Positions 41,162 to 52,100 of a DNA stretch of 64,000 bases are shown piece after piece. Below the pieces are notes generated by a model. It was given only the letters and a program-made list of their open reading frames with translations. It made no database searches and was not told the DNA's origin. Numbering within the stretch: position 1 is the stretch's first letter; every line of letters starts with the position of its first letter. The DNA is from Coleofasciculus chthonoplastes F2-STO-03 (GTDB taxonomy: Bacteria; Cyanobacteriota; Cyanobacteriia; Cyanobacteriales; Coleofasciculaceae): NCBI GenBank assembly GCA_040222015.1, contig JAVJWO010000195.1, forward strand, positions 74,721 through 138,720. The letters run 5' to 3'. Made by a program: the position numbers and the translations under genes.

Positions 41162-41584
41162 ATGACTACAACAAGACTCAAGACTCGCTCCAATTCAGCG
41201 TTTCGGCTGATTTATCATCTCGTGCTTGTCACTAAGTTCAGAAACAAAAGCCTGACCAGCGAAATGATTGACAGGCTCAACGAGATATTTAGAGAGACAT
41301 TACATAAATGGGATTGCGGGTTGGTGGAATTTAATGGAGAAAGCGACCATATTCACATTTTGTTTGAGGCCATCCCTAGTATTGAACTTTCCCGGCTGGT
41401 TAACAACCTGAAGACTGTTTCCTCTCGACTGATGAGGAAAGAGTATGAACAGCATCTGAAGCAGTTCTACTGGTCACCAAAACCTATGTTTTGGGCTAGT
41501 AGCTACGCTTTAATTACAGTAGGAACCGGGGCAACCCTAGATAAACTAATTGAGTACGTGAAAAACCAGGAAAAACCAGACTAA
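41162..41584 (+). CDS. tnpA: IS200-family Y1 HUH transposase
   Basis: YHLVLVTKFR, DHIHIL (HUH), LKTVSSR, FW..SY, YVKNQ. Confidence 0.95.
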   Translation: MTTTRLKTRSNSAFRLIYHLVLVTKFRNKSLTSEMIDRLNEIFRETLHKWDCGLVEFNGESDHIHILFEAIPSIELSRLVNNLKTVSSRLMRKEYEQHLKQFYWSPKPMFWASSYALITVGTGATLDKLIEYVKNQEKPD

Positions 41585-41654
41585 GGATGCTGCCGCTTAT
41601 TGTCTTCGTTTCGCTAACCCCATCTAAATCAAAGATTCTAGATGGGGACTGCGC

Positions 41655-43277
41655 TCAACTATTTCGTTCAAAAACTGGACAATATCCCTCTGGTGTAACT
41701 TTAAACGAGTAGAGGGGAGAGGCAGAATTCCAGCAGCGCTGACCCCGTTGATGGCGACAGTTGGCACAACACTCAATATTAGCAGGCATCTTCACCGAAC
41801 TGCTCTGATTAAGCAGTTCACGTTGGGACAAGCCGCGTAAGACCAGCTCCTCTCCCTGCCAACGAGCTTCCACTAAACCTGTATCCGCAAAATCTTGCCA
41901 GCGCGGGTCAGCCGCAATTGCCTCTGGTAAGGTGATAGTAACCACCGTACCTAACTCGGTTAGCTCTCCTTCGTAATTGGTTTCTGGTGGTGGTTCTGGC
42001 TGTATAAATGTCTCTCCAATTGGCAATTCAATCAGAGTTCCTGCTGATGGGGTATGGAGATGATAGCGGTTTTGTAACTCTTCCAATCCAGCTAAATCAG
42101 CCAGGTACGTAGGAGAGCCATGAACAAAAATAATATGTTGAGGACGAAGATTATGGATTAACTGAGTGGTTCCTAAACAATCACTATGCTCAGTTAACCG
42201 ATACGTTTCTACATCTGTAATGTTCAAGTCAGGGGTTGAAGGCGGATATCTCAGGCGTTCGGGTTGCAGCACTGTCCAAGATTTGGGGTTGGTATGACAG
42301 TAAACCCTCAAGTCAGCCGTTTCGTCAGTCAGAACGATGCTGGTGTTTTTAGCGATCGCACTTCGTTGCTGCTCATCTAAGCGACGCACACGCGGTTTCA
42401 CCCGTTCATCCCAAAACAAGGGTTGATGGCGAGCAAAGTTTTGTACCGATGGGGGGAGATGAGGTAGGAGTTCTAAGTAAGCATCACACCCCTTGGCAAC
42501 TGTACCATCTACCCAAATATCCAGATTGCGTCCAGTAAACTGGTGATGACTCCGCAGTAGCATCAAGATTTCTTGACCCAAACCCAAGGTAGGTACGGGT
42601 AGCAAAATAGAACGATTTGCCGCCAATGCTTGATCAATTCGTTCGACGAGTTGATTCTCTTGTTGCCGTCGATGGGGGTGTCGCGCCGTCCCATAACTCC
42701 CTTCGATAATCAAGACATCTAGGTTTGTACCTCGTAAGGCTTCAATTGACAACCCTTCGACCAACCGCGAATTTGAGATAAAGAAGTCACCCGTATACAG
42801 GAGTCGATACGTGCGATTTGGACTTGTATAGGTTAATAAAAATGCGGCGGCTCCCGGTAGATGTCCTGCGGGAAACAATTGCACGCTTAATCCTTCTCGG
42901 AATTCAATCGGCGATCGCCAAGGAAGCGCTTGACAGAATCCGGGAATCTCCTTTGGAGGTAAATGCGTCCAGTTCAGGGGTAATAGTTGAGTTGTGACTT
43001 CACTGGCGTAAATTGGTAATTGCGGAAATGCTTGGTGTAGTGCTAGCAACCCCTGGGCATGATCACTATGGGCGTGGCTACATAAAACCACATCCACTGG
43101 CAAATTAGCTTGAGCTTTTAGAGGCGAAATATCTTCTAACCCACAATCGATTAGGATGCGGTGGGGTCCCATTTGCACCAGCAAACAAACTCCCTCTGCA
43201 CCATGACCAACACCATAAGTAAAACAGGCTAATTGATCATCCTCTGCTGAGGATGTCACTGGGCGTTGATTGCTCAT
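41655..43277 (-). CDS. MBL-fold beta-CASP metallo-hydrolase / putative ribonuclease
   Basis: SHAHSDH, AGHLPGA, YTGD, EGSYG, VHG; C-terminal C..C...C...C. Confidence 0.88.
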   Translation of the reverse strand: MSNQRPVTSSAEDDQLACFTYGVGHGAEGVCLLVQMGPHRILIDCGLEDISPLKAQANLPVDVVLCSHAHSDHAQGLLALHQAFPQLPIYASEVTTQLLPLNWTHLPPKEIPGFCQALPWRSPIEFREGLSVQLFPAGHLPGAAAFLLTYTSPNRTYRLLYTGDFFISNSRLVEGLSIEALRGTNLDVLIIEGSYGTARHPHRRQQENQLVERIDQALAANRSILLPVPTLGLGQEILMLLRSHHQFTGRNLDIWVDGTVAKGCDAYLELLPHLPPSVQNFARHQPLFWDERVKPRVRRLDEQQRSAIAKNTSIVLTDETADLRVYCHTNPKSWTVLQPERLRYPPSTPDLNITDVETYRLTEHSDCLGTTQLIHNLRPQHIIFVHGSPTYLADLAGLEELQNRYHLHTPSAGTLIELPIGETFIQPEPPPETNYEGELTELGTVVTITLPEAIAADPRWQDFADTGLVEARWQGEELVLRGLSQRELLNQSSSVKMPANIECCANCRHQRGQRCWNSASPLYSFKVTPEGYCPVFERNS

Positions 43278-43874
43278 GAACTTTGAGAAGACGGTTCTGC
43301 GCTTTGCCAGTTGCTTGACAACCCACTCACTTGAAGAACCATAAATACATCGACAATGCTTCTAAACCTTATTTCTCAGCATTTTTAGCCTAATCTTTTC
43401 GGTTAACTGTCTAGAAAACCTGATTCTATCAACGAGTGTATTGAAGGTATACAAGCAGACGGTATATAAGCAGCAGGCTACTGCTCAATATGATGTCATA
43501 AATATCTGGGCTAGCTTATCCCAGATTAGTGGGCTGAACCGTTGCCGTGATAGTTATCTGAATCGTAGAACCCGTTCTTAGTGCCAAAAATGAGAGAAGA
43601 TACGGTAAAAATAATGGTTAAGACCACTAAAATCAGTTTGATATCCATCTATAGTTTACTTTCTTTTATCTGAAAAACAGGATCTGAAACTCTACTGAAT
43701 AGTTTTGACCAATCAGTATTTTGGTCTGTTCAGTACAGATACTCATTTTACCACGAAATTTCTGGTCAGGTTGAATCAGCTTTTCACGTACCAGCAGGGT
43801 AAGCCAGGAAAGTATGATGAACATACTTGCCCACCGTTCTGTAATTGACCTATCCGCACCTAGGAGTGACACTA

Positions 43875-43946
43875 AGCTGGTGACAAGATTTGAACTTGCG
43901 ACCGGCTGATTACAAATCAGCTGCTCTACCACTGAGCTACACCAGC
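43875..43946 (-). tRNA. tRNA-Thr(TGT)
   Basis: GCTGGTG acceptor stem, GCTGA-TT-TGT-AA-TCAGC anticodon arm, GTTCAAATC T loop. Confidence 0.96.
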
Positions 43947-44027
43947 AACTTCGTTTAGCATAACAAATTATATCAGCAGTAGGGAAGGGTTTCCTCTCAC
44001 CCCTACGCCCTACACCCTCTTGAACTG

Positions 44028-45203
44028 TCAAACCTTCAATAATACTGGTTCTGGCAATAACCGGACTAGAACCTGCTTGAGTACCATCACTGTCCAATCC
44101 ACATCGGCTTCTGTGGTTTGTCGCCCCAACGTCAAGCGAATGCCCCTCAATGCCTCTGGCTCACTGTAGCCCATTGCCAATAAAATTGGACTGGGATTGA
44201 GTTTGCCACTATCACAGGCAGAACCCGCACTAATGCCAATCCCTGCCAGATTAAGCTGACGCACCATCGTCTTGCCTGTTACTCCCTCCAATTGAGATGC
44301 TGGGATATTGGTTAGGCAAAAACTGACATGATGAGGTAAGCGGTGTCGGAGCGAACCAGTGGGTTTTAAGTAAGGGATGTTGCTAAGTTGATTAAACAAG
44401 CGATCGCGTAACCGAATTAATCGAGGGGTTTCCGTTGCCAGTTCTGCTGTTGCTAATTCGGCGGCGACACCAAATCCCGCGATCGCGGGAACAGCCTGTG
44501 TCCCTGAACGCTGTTGCCTTTCTTGTCCCCCACCCCACAACAGTGGCACTAATTCAACCCCAGGACGTACATACAGCGCCCCCACTCCTTGAGGTCCATA
44601 AATCTTGTGACTTGACATTGACAGCAAATCCACCGGCAACTGTCGCACATCAATGGACAGTCGTCCCGCCACCTGTACGGCATCTGTATGGAACAGTACC
44701 CCATGATCCTGGGCAATTTGTCCCAATGCTTCAATGGGTTGTAACGTCCCCACTTCACTTTGACCATAGATGACGGATACTAATACTGTATTCGGTTGCA
44801 GGGCGTCTTCCAAGTCACGGGGATTTACCCGTCCCCCGCGATCCACAGGCAATCGTGTCACTTGCCATCCCCAGGTTTCCAACCAGCGAACAGGTTGAGC
44901 GATCGCGGAATGTTCCACGCTAGAAACCACAATATGCTGGGGTGTCCTGTATTTTTTGGCAATCCCCATAATGGCTAGATTATCTGCCTCTGTGCCACCT
45001 GAGGTAAAAATCAATCCATCGGCTGGCGCATTAATTAAGCCAGCCACTTGCATTCTCGACTGTTCCACGACAGTGGCAGACCGTTGTCCCCACTCATGTA
45101 AGCTAGAGGGATTACCCCACTGCTGAGTCAATACCCCTTGCATCGCCGCGATCGCTTCTGGGCGGGGGGGTGTCGTGGCGCTGTAATCGAGATAGATTTG
45201 CAT
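44028..45203 (-). CDS. iscS: Cysteine desulfurase, IscS/NifS group I
   Basis: YLDYSATTP, GNPSS.H, HTDAVQ, SSHKIYGP, SAGSAC. Confidence 0.92.
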   Translation of the reverse strand: MQIYLDYSATTPPRPEAIAAMQGVLTQQWGNPSSLHEWGQRSATVVEQSRMQVAGLINAPADGLIFTSGGTEADNLAIMGIAKKYRTPQHIVVSSVEHSAIAQPVRWLETWGWQVTRLPVDRGGRVNPRDLEDALQPNTVLVSVIYGQSEVGTLQPIEALGQIAQDHGVLFHTDAVQVAGRLSIDVRQLPVDLLSMSSHKIYGPQGVGALYVRPGVELVPLLWGGGQERQQRSGTQAVPAIAGFGVAAELATAELATETPRLIRLRDRLFNQLSNIPYLKPTGSLRHRLPHHVSFCLTNIPASQLEGVTGKTMVRQLNLAGIGISAGSACDSGKLNPSPILLAMGYSEPEALRGIRLTLGRQTTEADVDWTVMVLKQVLVRLLPEPVLLKV

Positions 45204-45344
45204 AGTATAGTGTCATTTGTCCTTCGTCTTATGTCAGGGAACGGGGAACAGGAAGCGTTTTGAGTTAACTCCTCCATCTCCCTCATCTTCCCGACGTGCC
45301 ATGTGATATCTGGAACATTGCTCCCCCTGCTTCTCCAGCTCCCT

Positions 45345-45725
45345 CTACTCACCGGGTTTATCCACATTGTAGTCCTCGTGAGACAAGACAGCGTAGGGAA
45401 CCAACAAACTCCCGTAGTCATGACAAATCATCCGGTAGTTACGGGTAACCGGGATACTGACAATCCAGCGATTGTGGCGTAATCGCTTACCGCCAAACTC
45501 TCGGTAGTTCTTTTGTTCTTCCAATCCGGCAATAATCGCACGGGCTTTGACCACGACATGGGTGGGCAAATCCTTTAAATCAATGGGATCGTTGTCAAAA
45601 GTAGACTCCCATTCTTGCTTTTGTTGCTTTTTAGCTTCCCGTGCCTTGTTTTCTTGCTCACATCGGTGGCAGGTTTGACCATACCCCTTATGACCGCACG
45701 GAAATGTCTTTTTTCGTCTCGACAT
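45345..45725 (-). CDS. Hypothetical protein: N-terminal Zn-binding motif, C-terminal ParE/RelE-like region
   Basis: CGH.....C..C; GGKRL...SIPV...YR.I...SHEDYN. Confidence 0.6.
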   Translation of the reverse strand: MSRRKKTFPCGHKGYGQTCHRCEQENKAREAKKQQKQEWESTFDNDPIDLKDLPTHVVVKARAIIAGLEEQKNYREFGGKRLRHNRWIVSIPVTRNYRMICHDYGSLLVPYAVLSHEDYNVDKPGE

Positions 45726-45968
45726 AGAACGGTGGGATGGGTTCAAACCCTAGATGTGACCATGTTATCGTCCTGATAGTGATTTCCCTTCCCATTTAGG
45801 TTGAGGTTGTGGAAAACGTGATTTAAGTGGTTCATTGTATTTTTATGTTAATTCAATCGGGACAAATCCTTGAGCTTTCTTTCAAATTCCATTGACAGCC
45901 TACTAGGTTTGTGTCCCCATAGATGATAAAAAATAATCAAAGCAATAAATGAATCTAATCGAGATTCA

Positions 45969-47597
45969 ATGACACAATCATACTGGCCTCAAGGTATCAT
46001 CTGGCTCATTTTACTAACTCTGTCCGCTTGTCAACCTCCTCCAGTTCAAGTTCACCGTCCGCCTCCCTTACCCCAAGATCCCTTTGTTCAGGTCTACTTT
46101 AACCATTCCCCCTCGACAACCTACAAGGAACCCTATCGCTTAGTGACTCGACCGGGCGATAATTTAGAGCAGATTATTGCCCAAGCGATCGCGAGGGCTC
46201 AATCCACGGTCGATGTTGCTGTCCAAGAGTTACGCTTGCCGCAAATTGCTCAAGCCTTGGTCAAACGACATCAAGCAGGGGTTAGGGTCAGGGTTATCGT
46301 CGAAAATACCTACAACCGCCCTTGGAGTGAAGTCTCAGCTCAAGATATCGCTAATCTTCCGCATCGGGAACGCGATCGCACCCAAGAGAGTTTACGGTTA
46401 ATCGACCGTAATAACGATGGCAAGCTGACTCCCACTGAAATTAATCAGCGAGATGCTCTAGTTATTTTACGAAATGCTGGCGTTCCTATCCTAGACGATA
46501 CAGCTGATGGCTCTCAAGGTAGCGGCTTAATGCACCATAAGTTTGTCGTTGTGGATGGATATACAGTTATAGTGACATCCGCTAACTTTACTACCAGTGA
46601 TATTCATGGCGACTTTCAAGCACCGGATAGTCGGGGTAATGCCAACAATCTCCTTAAAATTGAGAGTGTGGAATTAGCGAATTCCTTTACAGAAGAATTT
46701 AACCAGATGTGGGGAGATGGACCCGGTGGCGCACCCGACAGTAGGTTTGGCGTCAAAAAGTTACCACGTCCTATACAAAAGGTTACACTCGGAGATACTA
46801 CCCTGGCGGTCAAGTTTTCGCCTACGTCACCGACTCAACCCTGGAGTCAAAGCAGTAATGGTTTCATTGATCAAATCCTACAAAGCGCTACCCAAACCAT
46901 TGACTTGGCGTTATTTGTCTTTTCCGAACAGCGACTGGCAGATCAGTTACAAACTGCCCATGAACAGGGCGTCCAAGTTCAGGCGTTAATCGACCCCAGT
47001 TTTGCCTATCGCTACTATAGCGAAGGACTGGATTTATTAGGTGTGGCGCTGAGTAATCAATGTCGCTATGAACCCCATAATCGCCCTTGGCAAAATCCGA
47101 TCGCCACAGTCGGTGTTCCCAAACTCCCATCCGGCGATCTGTTACATCATAAGTTTGGGGTGGTAGATGGAAAAATGGTAATTACAGGGTCTCATAATTG
47201 GTCAGCATCAGCCAATACTCAAAACGACGAGACACTGTTGGTGATTAATAGTCCTCTAGTCGCCGCTCATTTTGAACGTGAATTTGAACGCCTCTACACG
47301 AATGCCATACTGGGGGTTCCGGTGGCGGTGCAGAGAAAGATTCAGAACCAGCAGCAATCCTGTCCTCAGATTACTCAGGCAGATGATCCGAACGCCCCAA
47401 GTTTTAGGGGGATAGTCAACCTCAACACCGCCACCCAGGATGAACTGGAAACGCTACCCGGAATCGGACCCAAACTGGCTGAGCGAATTATTACCGCGCG
47501 ATCGCAAAAGCCATTCACGTCATTAGCTGACCTTGACCGGGTTTCAGGTGTCGGACCTCATCTACTCCAGCAGTTAGATGGGCGAGTGACGTGGTAA
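45969..47597 (+). CDS. Competence lipoprotein: PLD-family nuclease (two HKD motifs) plus ComEA helix-hairpin-helix
   Basis: Lipobox LSAC, HHKFVVVD, HHKFGVVD..ITGSHN, VNLNTAT..EL..LPGIGPKLA. Confidence 0.88.
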   Translation: MTQSYWPQGIIWLILLTLSACQPPPVQVHRPPPLPQDPFVQVYFNHSPSTTYKEPYRLVTRPGDNLEQIIAQAIARAQSTVDVAVQELRLPQIAQALVKRHQAGVRVRVIVENTYNRPWSEVSAQDIANLPHRERDRTQESLRLIDRNNDGKLTPTEINQRDALVILRNAGVPILDDTADGSQGSGLMHHKFVVVDGYTVIVTSANFTTSDIHGDFQAPDSRGNANNLLKIESVELANSFTEEFNQMWGDGPGGAPDSRFGVKKLPRPIQKVTLGDTTLAVKFSPTSPTQPWSQSSNGFIDQILQSATQTIDLALFVFSEQRLADQLQTAHEQGVQVQALIDPSFAYRYYSEGLDLLGVALSNQCRYEPHNRPWQNPIATVGVPKLPSGDLLHHKFGVVDGKMVITGSHNWSASANTQNDETLLVINSPLVAAHFEREFERLYTNAILGVPVAVQRKIQNQQQSCPQITQADDPNAPSFRGIVNLNTATQDELETLPGIGPKLAERIITARSQKPFTSLADLDRVSGVGPHLLQQLDGRVTW

Positions 47598-47736
47598 TCC
47601 TACCAAATTATCAGGCTATGAAATATTTTCCTTTTTGTAGGGGCGGGTTTTACCGATAACGTTCTGTCGATGTCCGATAACTTAACTAAACCCGCCCTTG
47701 TGGGGAAGCAGAGAGATAATTTTGACCGGTGGGTAT

Positions 47737-48204
47737 TTAATAACGCTGAACGACTCGCGCCATTTCCCGCTGATCCTGACGCCGCTTAATCGTCTCACGC
47801 TTGTCGTGCAATTTTTTACCCTTACACAAACCCAGACTCACTTTCACTAAGCCTCGCTTCAAATACATTTTTAACGGCACCAGCGTTAACCCCTGTTGTT
47901 CTACCTTGCCAACGAGTTTGCTGATTTCCTGCTTGTGCAGCAACAGTTTACGGGTGCGAACTGGGTCGTGATTGAAGTAGAGGCTGGTACTTTGGTACGG
48001 TGAGACATGTACGTTCAACAGCCAAGCCTCACCATTGCGAACCAGGGCGTACCCATCTCGCAAATTGACCCGACTCTCGCGAATGGACTTAACTTCTGTC
48101 CCTTTTAATTCGATGCCCGCTTCGTAAGTCTCTAAAATCTCATAGCGGAAGCGTGCTTGCCGATTATCGGCAACAACCTTGAACCCTTTACTTTGATCAC
48201 TCAT
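47737..48204 (-). CDS. smpB: SsrA-binding protein
   Basis: NRQARFRY, EAGIEL.GTEVKS.R, RKLLLHK.EI, GKKLHDKR. Confidence 0.97.
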   Translation of the reverse strand: MSDQSKGFKVVADNRQARFRYEILETYEAGIELKGTEVKSIRESRVNLRDGYALVRNGEAWLLNVHVSPYQSTSLYFNHDPVRTRKLLLHKQEISKLVGKVEQQGLTLVPLKMYLKRGLVKVSLGLCKGKKLHDKRETIKRRQDQREMARVVQRY

Positions 48205-48292
48205 ACTAATCACCTTAGCGTCTGATACTGGAAATTGTGGTGTTAAACAATCGCCCCAGAAAACCCTCAAAAGGTAAAGTTTTGTTAAAAGG

Positions 48293-48327
48293 TTGACAAT
48301 TTCTGGAAAAACCGTAACAATAGATAC
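48293..48327 (+). promoter_or_regulatory. Sigma70-type promoter overlapped by an NtcA box
   Basis: TTGACA (48293-98), 17-nt spacer, AACAAT (48316-21); GTA-ACAATAGA-TAC at 48314-48327. Confidence 0.7.
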
Positions 48328-48338
48328 AGAACAAATGA

Positions 48339-48432
48339 ATCGTTCATCTCTCTAGACATCAGTCAGTTAGCAATTAGCCGTGAAGGATGATTAGGGAGAC
48401 GGAAGTAGGGGCAACTCCCGAAGGAACGCGCC
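48339..48432 (+). ncRNA. Glutamine riboswitch (glnA RNA motif)
   Basis: ATCGTTCATCTC...GAGACGGAAGTAGGG-GCAACT-CCCGAAGGAACGCGCC hallmark sequence upstream of a DUF4278/IF17 gene. Confidence 0.92.
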
Positions 48433-48467
48433 TCATCTCACTACAGTTACATTACGAGGCGAAGACC

Positions 48468-48812
48468 ATGAAACTTACTTATCGCGGTATCCAATACGAT
48501 TACAATCCCCCTAAGGTAGAAACTGTCGAATCAAAGGCTGGTGGTAAGTACCGGGGTTGGGACTGGCGATTCCGCAACTTGAAAAATCCGCCCGTGTTAC
48601 AACCACGAGTCAACTTACAATATCGCGGCGTTCGTTATCAAACACCAGGGACTGTGGCTAATAATGGTGTTGCACCAGAAAAAGTACCCACTTTAGTTTC
48701 CAGTCAAGATAAAGCTCGTTCGCGGATGAGCAATCAGCAACGAGTCCTCAAAAACCGTCAGCTTTCGATGTTTTACCGTTCAGCAACAGAAGTTGGATTG
48801 GCAACTCATTAA
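48468..48812 (+). CDS. gifB: Glutamine synthetase inactivating factor IF17-like (DUF4278 plus IF7-like C-terminus)
   Basis: MKLTYRG..Y, GKYRG, LQYRGVRY, then QDKAR..M......KNRQLSM..R.A.EVGL resembling IF7; GAGG RBS. Confidence 0.82.
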   Translation: MKLTYRGIQYDYNPPKVETVESKAGGKYRGWDWRFRNLKNPPVLQPRVNLQYRGVRYQTPGTVANNGVAPEKVPTLVSSQDKARSRMSNQQRVLKNRQLSMFYRSATEVGLATH

Positions 48813-48877
48813 CGAACCACTGATTGAATTCCAACTAAATTAGAACACCAGTAGAGACGTTGTGTACAGCGTCTCTA

Positions 48878-48984
48878 CTGGTGTGGTACATCTAATTTGG
48901 TATTTGGTAGATTTGTAGGGGCGCACCGACGTGCGCCCGATTTAATGGTATAGTTGACCTCACTTTTTAGCTGTGCCACACCAG
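48878..48984. mobile_element. MITE with 18-bp imperfect TIRs and TA flanks
   Basis: TA-CTGGTGTGGTACATCTAA...TTAGCTGTGCCACACCAG-TA; internal GTAGGGGCGCAC REP hairpin. Confidence 0.75.
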
Positions 48985-49011
48985 TAGGTTGTTCTGCCTT
49001 TTGCCTTCTGC

Positions 49012-49115
49012 TAAGCTGTCATGCATTTAAATTGGGTATTAGTAGCGAGCTTTCTGGCTCGCACTACAAGGATTTCGTCATTATTGACATTAAGGTTTAA
49101 ATGCCGAACAGCTTA
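49012..49115. mobile_element. MITE with TA termini
   Basis: TAAGCTGTCATGCATTTAAA...TTTAAATGCCGAACAGCTTA; a lone copy of one end at 22123-22152. Confidence 0.75.
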
Positions 49116-49186
49116 TACCTCATCCAATTGTGAATTAGCCAATGCCATAATATTAAGGATATGAATTATCCTGTGGGCATAGCATC

Positions 49187-52100
49187 ATGGTGGAACTTTG
49201 GACAGCGCTGGGCGTTTCTATCCTAAAGGATTTACTCTTAAAGGACATCCTCCTGAAACTGGGGAATGAAGCGTTAGAAGACTATGTAAAAGATTTTTTC
49301 AAAGACTGCATTAATACTGGGGTGCAATCTGCCCAAACCGATGTCCTGAAAAAAGCGCTGGGTGAAGCTTTACAGCAATTCCTGAAACTCATCGAAGATG
49401 AATTACTCTTATATTTAACCGAAGCCCAAGTTCGAGACACCTATCAAGTTGCTATTGGGCGGTTTATCCAAGAAGATGACGTTAAACCCCTGTTAGGAAA
49501 AGCCTTTGAAAAAGATTGCCGAGTCATCGACGCTAATCAATTAAGAATAATTTGGGTACATCGCTATTCTCCCGATATGCCAACTGGGTTTAACTGGGAG
49601 GAGATTACCAAACCATATCTCAAAGAAGTGAAACGCATTGTCCGGAATTCGCCAGAGTTAAAGGCGATTTTAGAATTAGAGATTCAGGAATCCATAGAAC
49701 AACAGGTTCGAGACAATGCCAAAATTAATCCTGATTTTAATATAACTAAATATCAAGAAGGATTACGGGAACGCTACAGTCATTTAAACCTATCCAGTTT
49801 AGATACCACAGGCTGCGCTTATAACCAACTGAAACTCTGGCAACTCTTCATCCCGCAAAATGTGCGACAAGTTCATCAAGTATTACCCCAAGTTTATGAA
49901 CTGCCCAAAGAACATCAACGGCGACTGCGAGAGAGTAATCTACTTGATACAGATATATCCATCGAAGAGTTAACCGACTATAAACAGGTTTATTCTCAAC
50001 AGCCAATCCGCCCCATCAATGAAATTATTAACGATAAAGATAACTATCGCTATCTGATTATTCTCGGTGATCCGGGTTCGGGTAAGTCTACCTTAGTGCA
50101 ATATTTAGCATTAGATTGGGCAAATTCTACACCCAATGATGCCAGTTTTAAGCCAATTCCCCTGCTGATTGAATTACGCACCTATATGCGGAATCGCGAT
50201 GTGGGACAATGTAAGAATTTCCTGGAATTCTTCCATGATAGTAGTGGGATTGTCTGTCATCTGAATCAGCATCAACTGGTGGAACAGTTAAAAGCCGGAA
50301 ATGCTTTAGTCATGTTTGATGGCTTGGATGAGGTATTTGATCCGGGAAAACGGGAGGATGTAATTACCGATATTCATCGCTTCACTAATGATTATCCTGA
50401 TGTGCGGGTAATTGTTACCTCTCGCGTGATTGGCTATAAACCGCAGCGGTTACGAGATGCCCAATTTTATCATTTTATGCTGCAAGATTTAGAGGTAAAT
50501 CAGGTTAAGGAGTTTATTACCCGTTGGCATGATTTAACCTTTACCAATCAAGCAGACAAACAGAGGAAGCGGGAACGACTCCAACGGGCAATTGATACCT
50601 CAAAAGCGATTCGCGAACTCGCCGGGAATCCCTTATTGCTGACAATGATGGCAATTTTAAATCGCAATCAGGAATTGCCCAGAGATAGACCCGAATTATA
50701 TAACCAAGCGTCGCGGGTATTGCTGCATCAATGGGATGTGGAACGTCATTTGGAGAAACATCAGCAGTTAGAGATTCAAACGATTGATTATAAAGATAAG
50801 CAGGCGATGTTGCGTCAGGTGGCTTATCAGATGCAAGGGGCAGAGAAAGGGTTGGCGGGTAATCTGATTGCGGCGGATGAGTTAGAAGGAATTTTGACCA
50901 AGTATCTGCAAACTCTCGATATCAATAATTCCAGGGCGGTGGCTAGGGTGATGATTAAGCAACTGCGGGAACGGAATTTTATCTTATGTTTCATGGGGGC
51001 AGATTATTATGCCTTTGTGCATCGGACGTTTTTGGAATATTTCTGCGCCTGGGAATATGTTTGGCGGTTTGAGAAGGAACGAACAATTTCTCTAGATGAG
51101 TTGAAAACCGAGGTTTTTGGCAAGCATTGGCAGGATGAGTCTTGGCATGAAGTGTTACGGCTGATTGTGGGGATGATTGAACCAAAGTTGGCTGGTGAGA
51201 TTCTGGATTATTTGAGGAATCAGCAGGGAGAAGCGGAAAAGTTTATTAATGTGTTTCTAGCGGCGGATTGCCTTTTTGAGCTGAGGAATCGTTCGGTTAT
51301 CGTATCAACGGAGACTCAATTACTGAATCAGATTAAGGCGTTAACACAGTACGACTTACATTACTGTTACGAACCCGATGAAAATGAGTACTTTATAGTT
51401 AATAAAATTCGGACTGAAGCGGTTTTAATAATTGCTAAAACGTGGCAATATGACCCAGACACTTTACCTTGGCTCAAAGAAAAAGCCCAAGATAATGAGG
51501 ATGAGATTGTACAACGTGCAGCGATGCAAGAATTAGCTAAAGGTTGGAAAAATGACCCTGACACATTAAACATTCTTAAAGATAAAGCCCGAAATGAGGA
51601 AAATATTGATGTGCGATATACAGCGGTGAAAGAATTAGCCAAAGGCTGGAAAAATGACTCTGATATTTTAAACATTCTTAAAGATAAAGCCCAATCTGAT
51701 TGCTACTATAATGTACGATGTACAGCGGTTGAAGGATTAGCCCAAAACTGGTCAGATGCCCCAGACATATTGAATATTCTCAAAGTTAAAGTCCAAGATG
51801 GTTACCATTTGCTTGTGCAACTGACAGCGGCAGAAGAATTATCCAAAGCGTGTAATAATAATTCAAACAGTTTAATTTGGCTCCAAGAAAAAGCTAAACA
51901 TGATGACAATTGGACTGTGCGATACGCAGCAGTGAAGGGATTAGCCAAAGGCTGGAATGATGACGCAAATACCTTAGCTATTATCAAGCAAAAAGCTCAA
52001 GATGATGAACATCCGGATGTGCGACGTGCCGCCGTGCAAGCTTTAGCTAAAGGCTGGAAAAACGACCCAGACACATTGCTTATTATTCAACACAAAGCCC

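Larger units (their letters stand above)
39623..41666 (-). mobile_element. Complete IS605-type element with divergent tnpA and tnpB
   Basis: Related subterminal hairpins CCCCATC...GATGGGG at about 39632-39661 and 41618-41647; right end GAAT...TCAA; left end TGAA|15 nt-CAGT. Confidence 0.9.

Noticed and set aside
43666..44097. 143-aa ORF
   Set aside because: Overlaps tRNA-Thr and the iscS 3' end; no recognisable motif.
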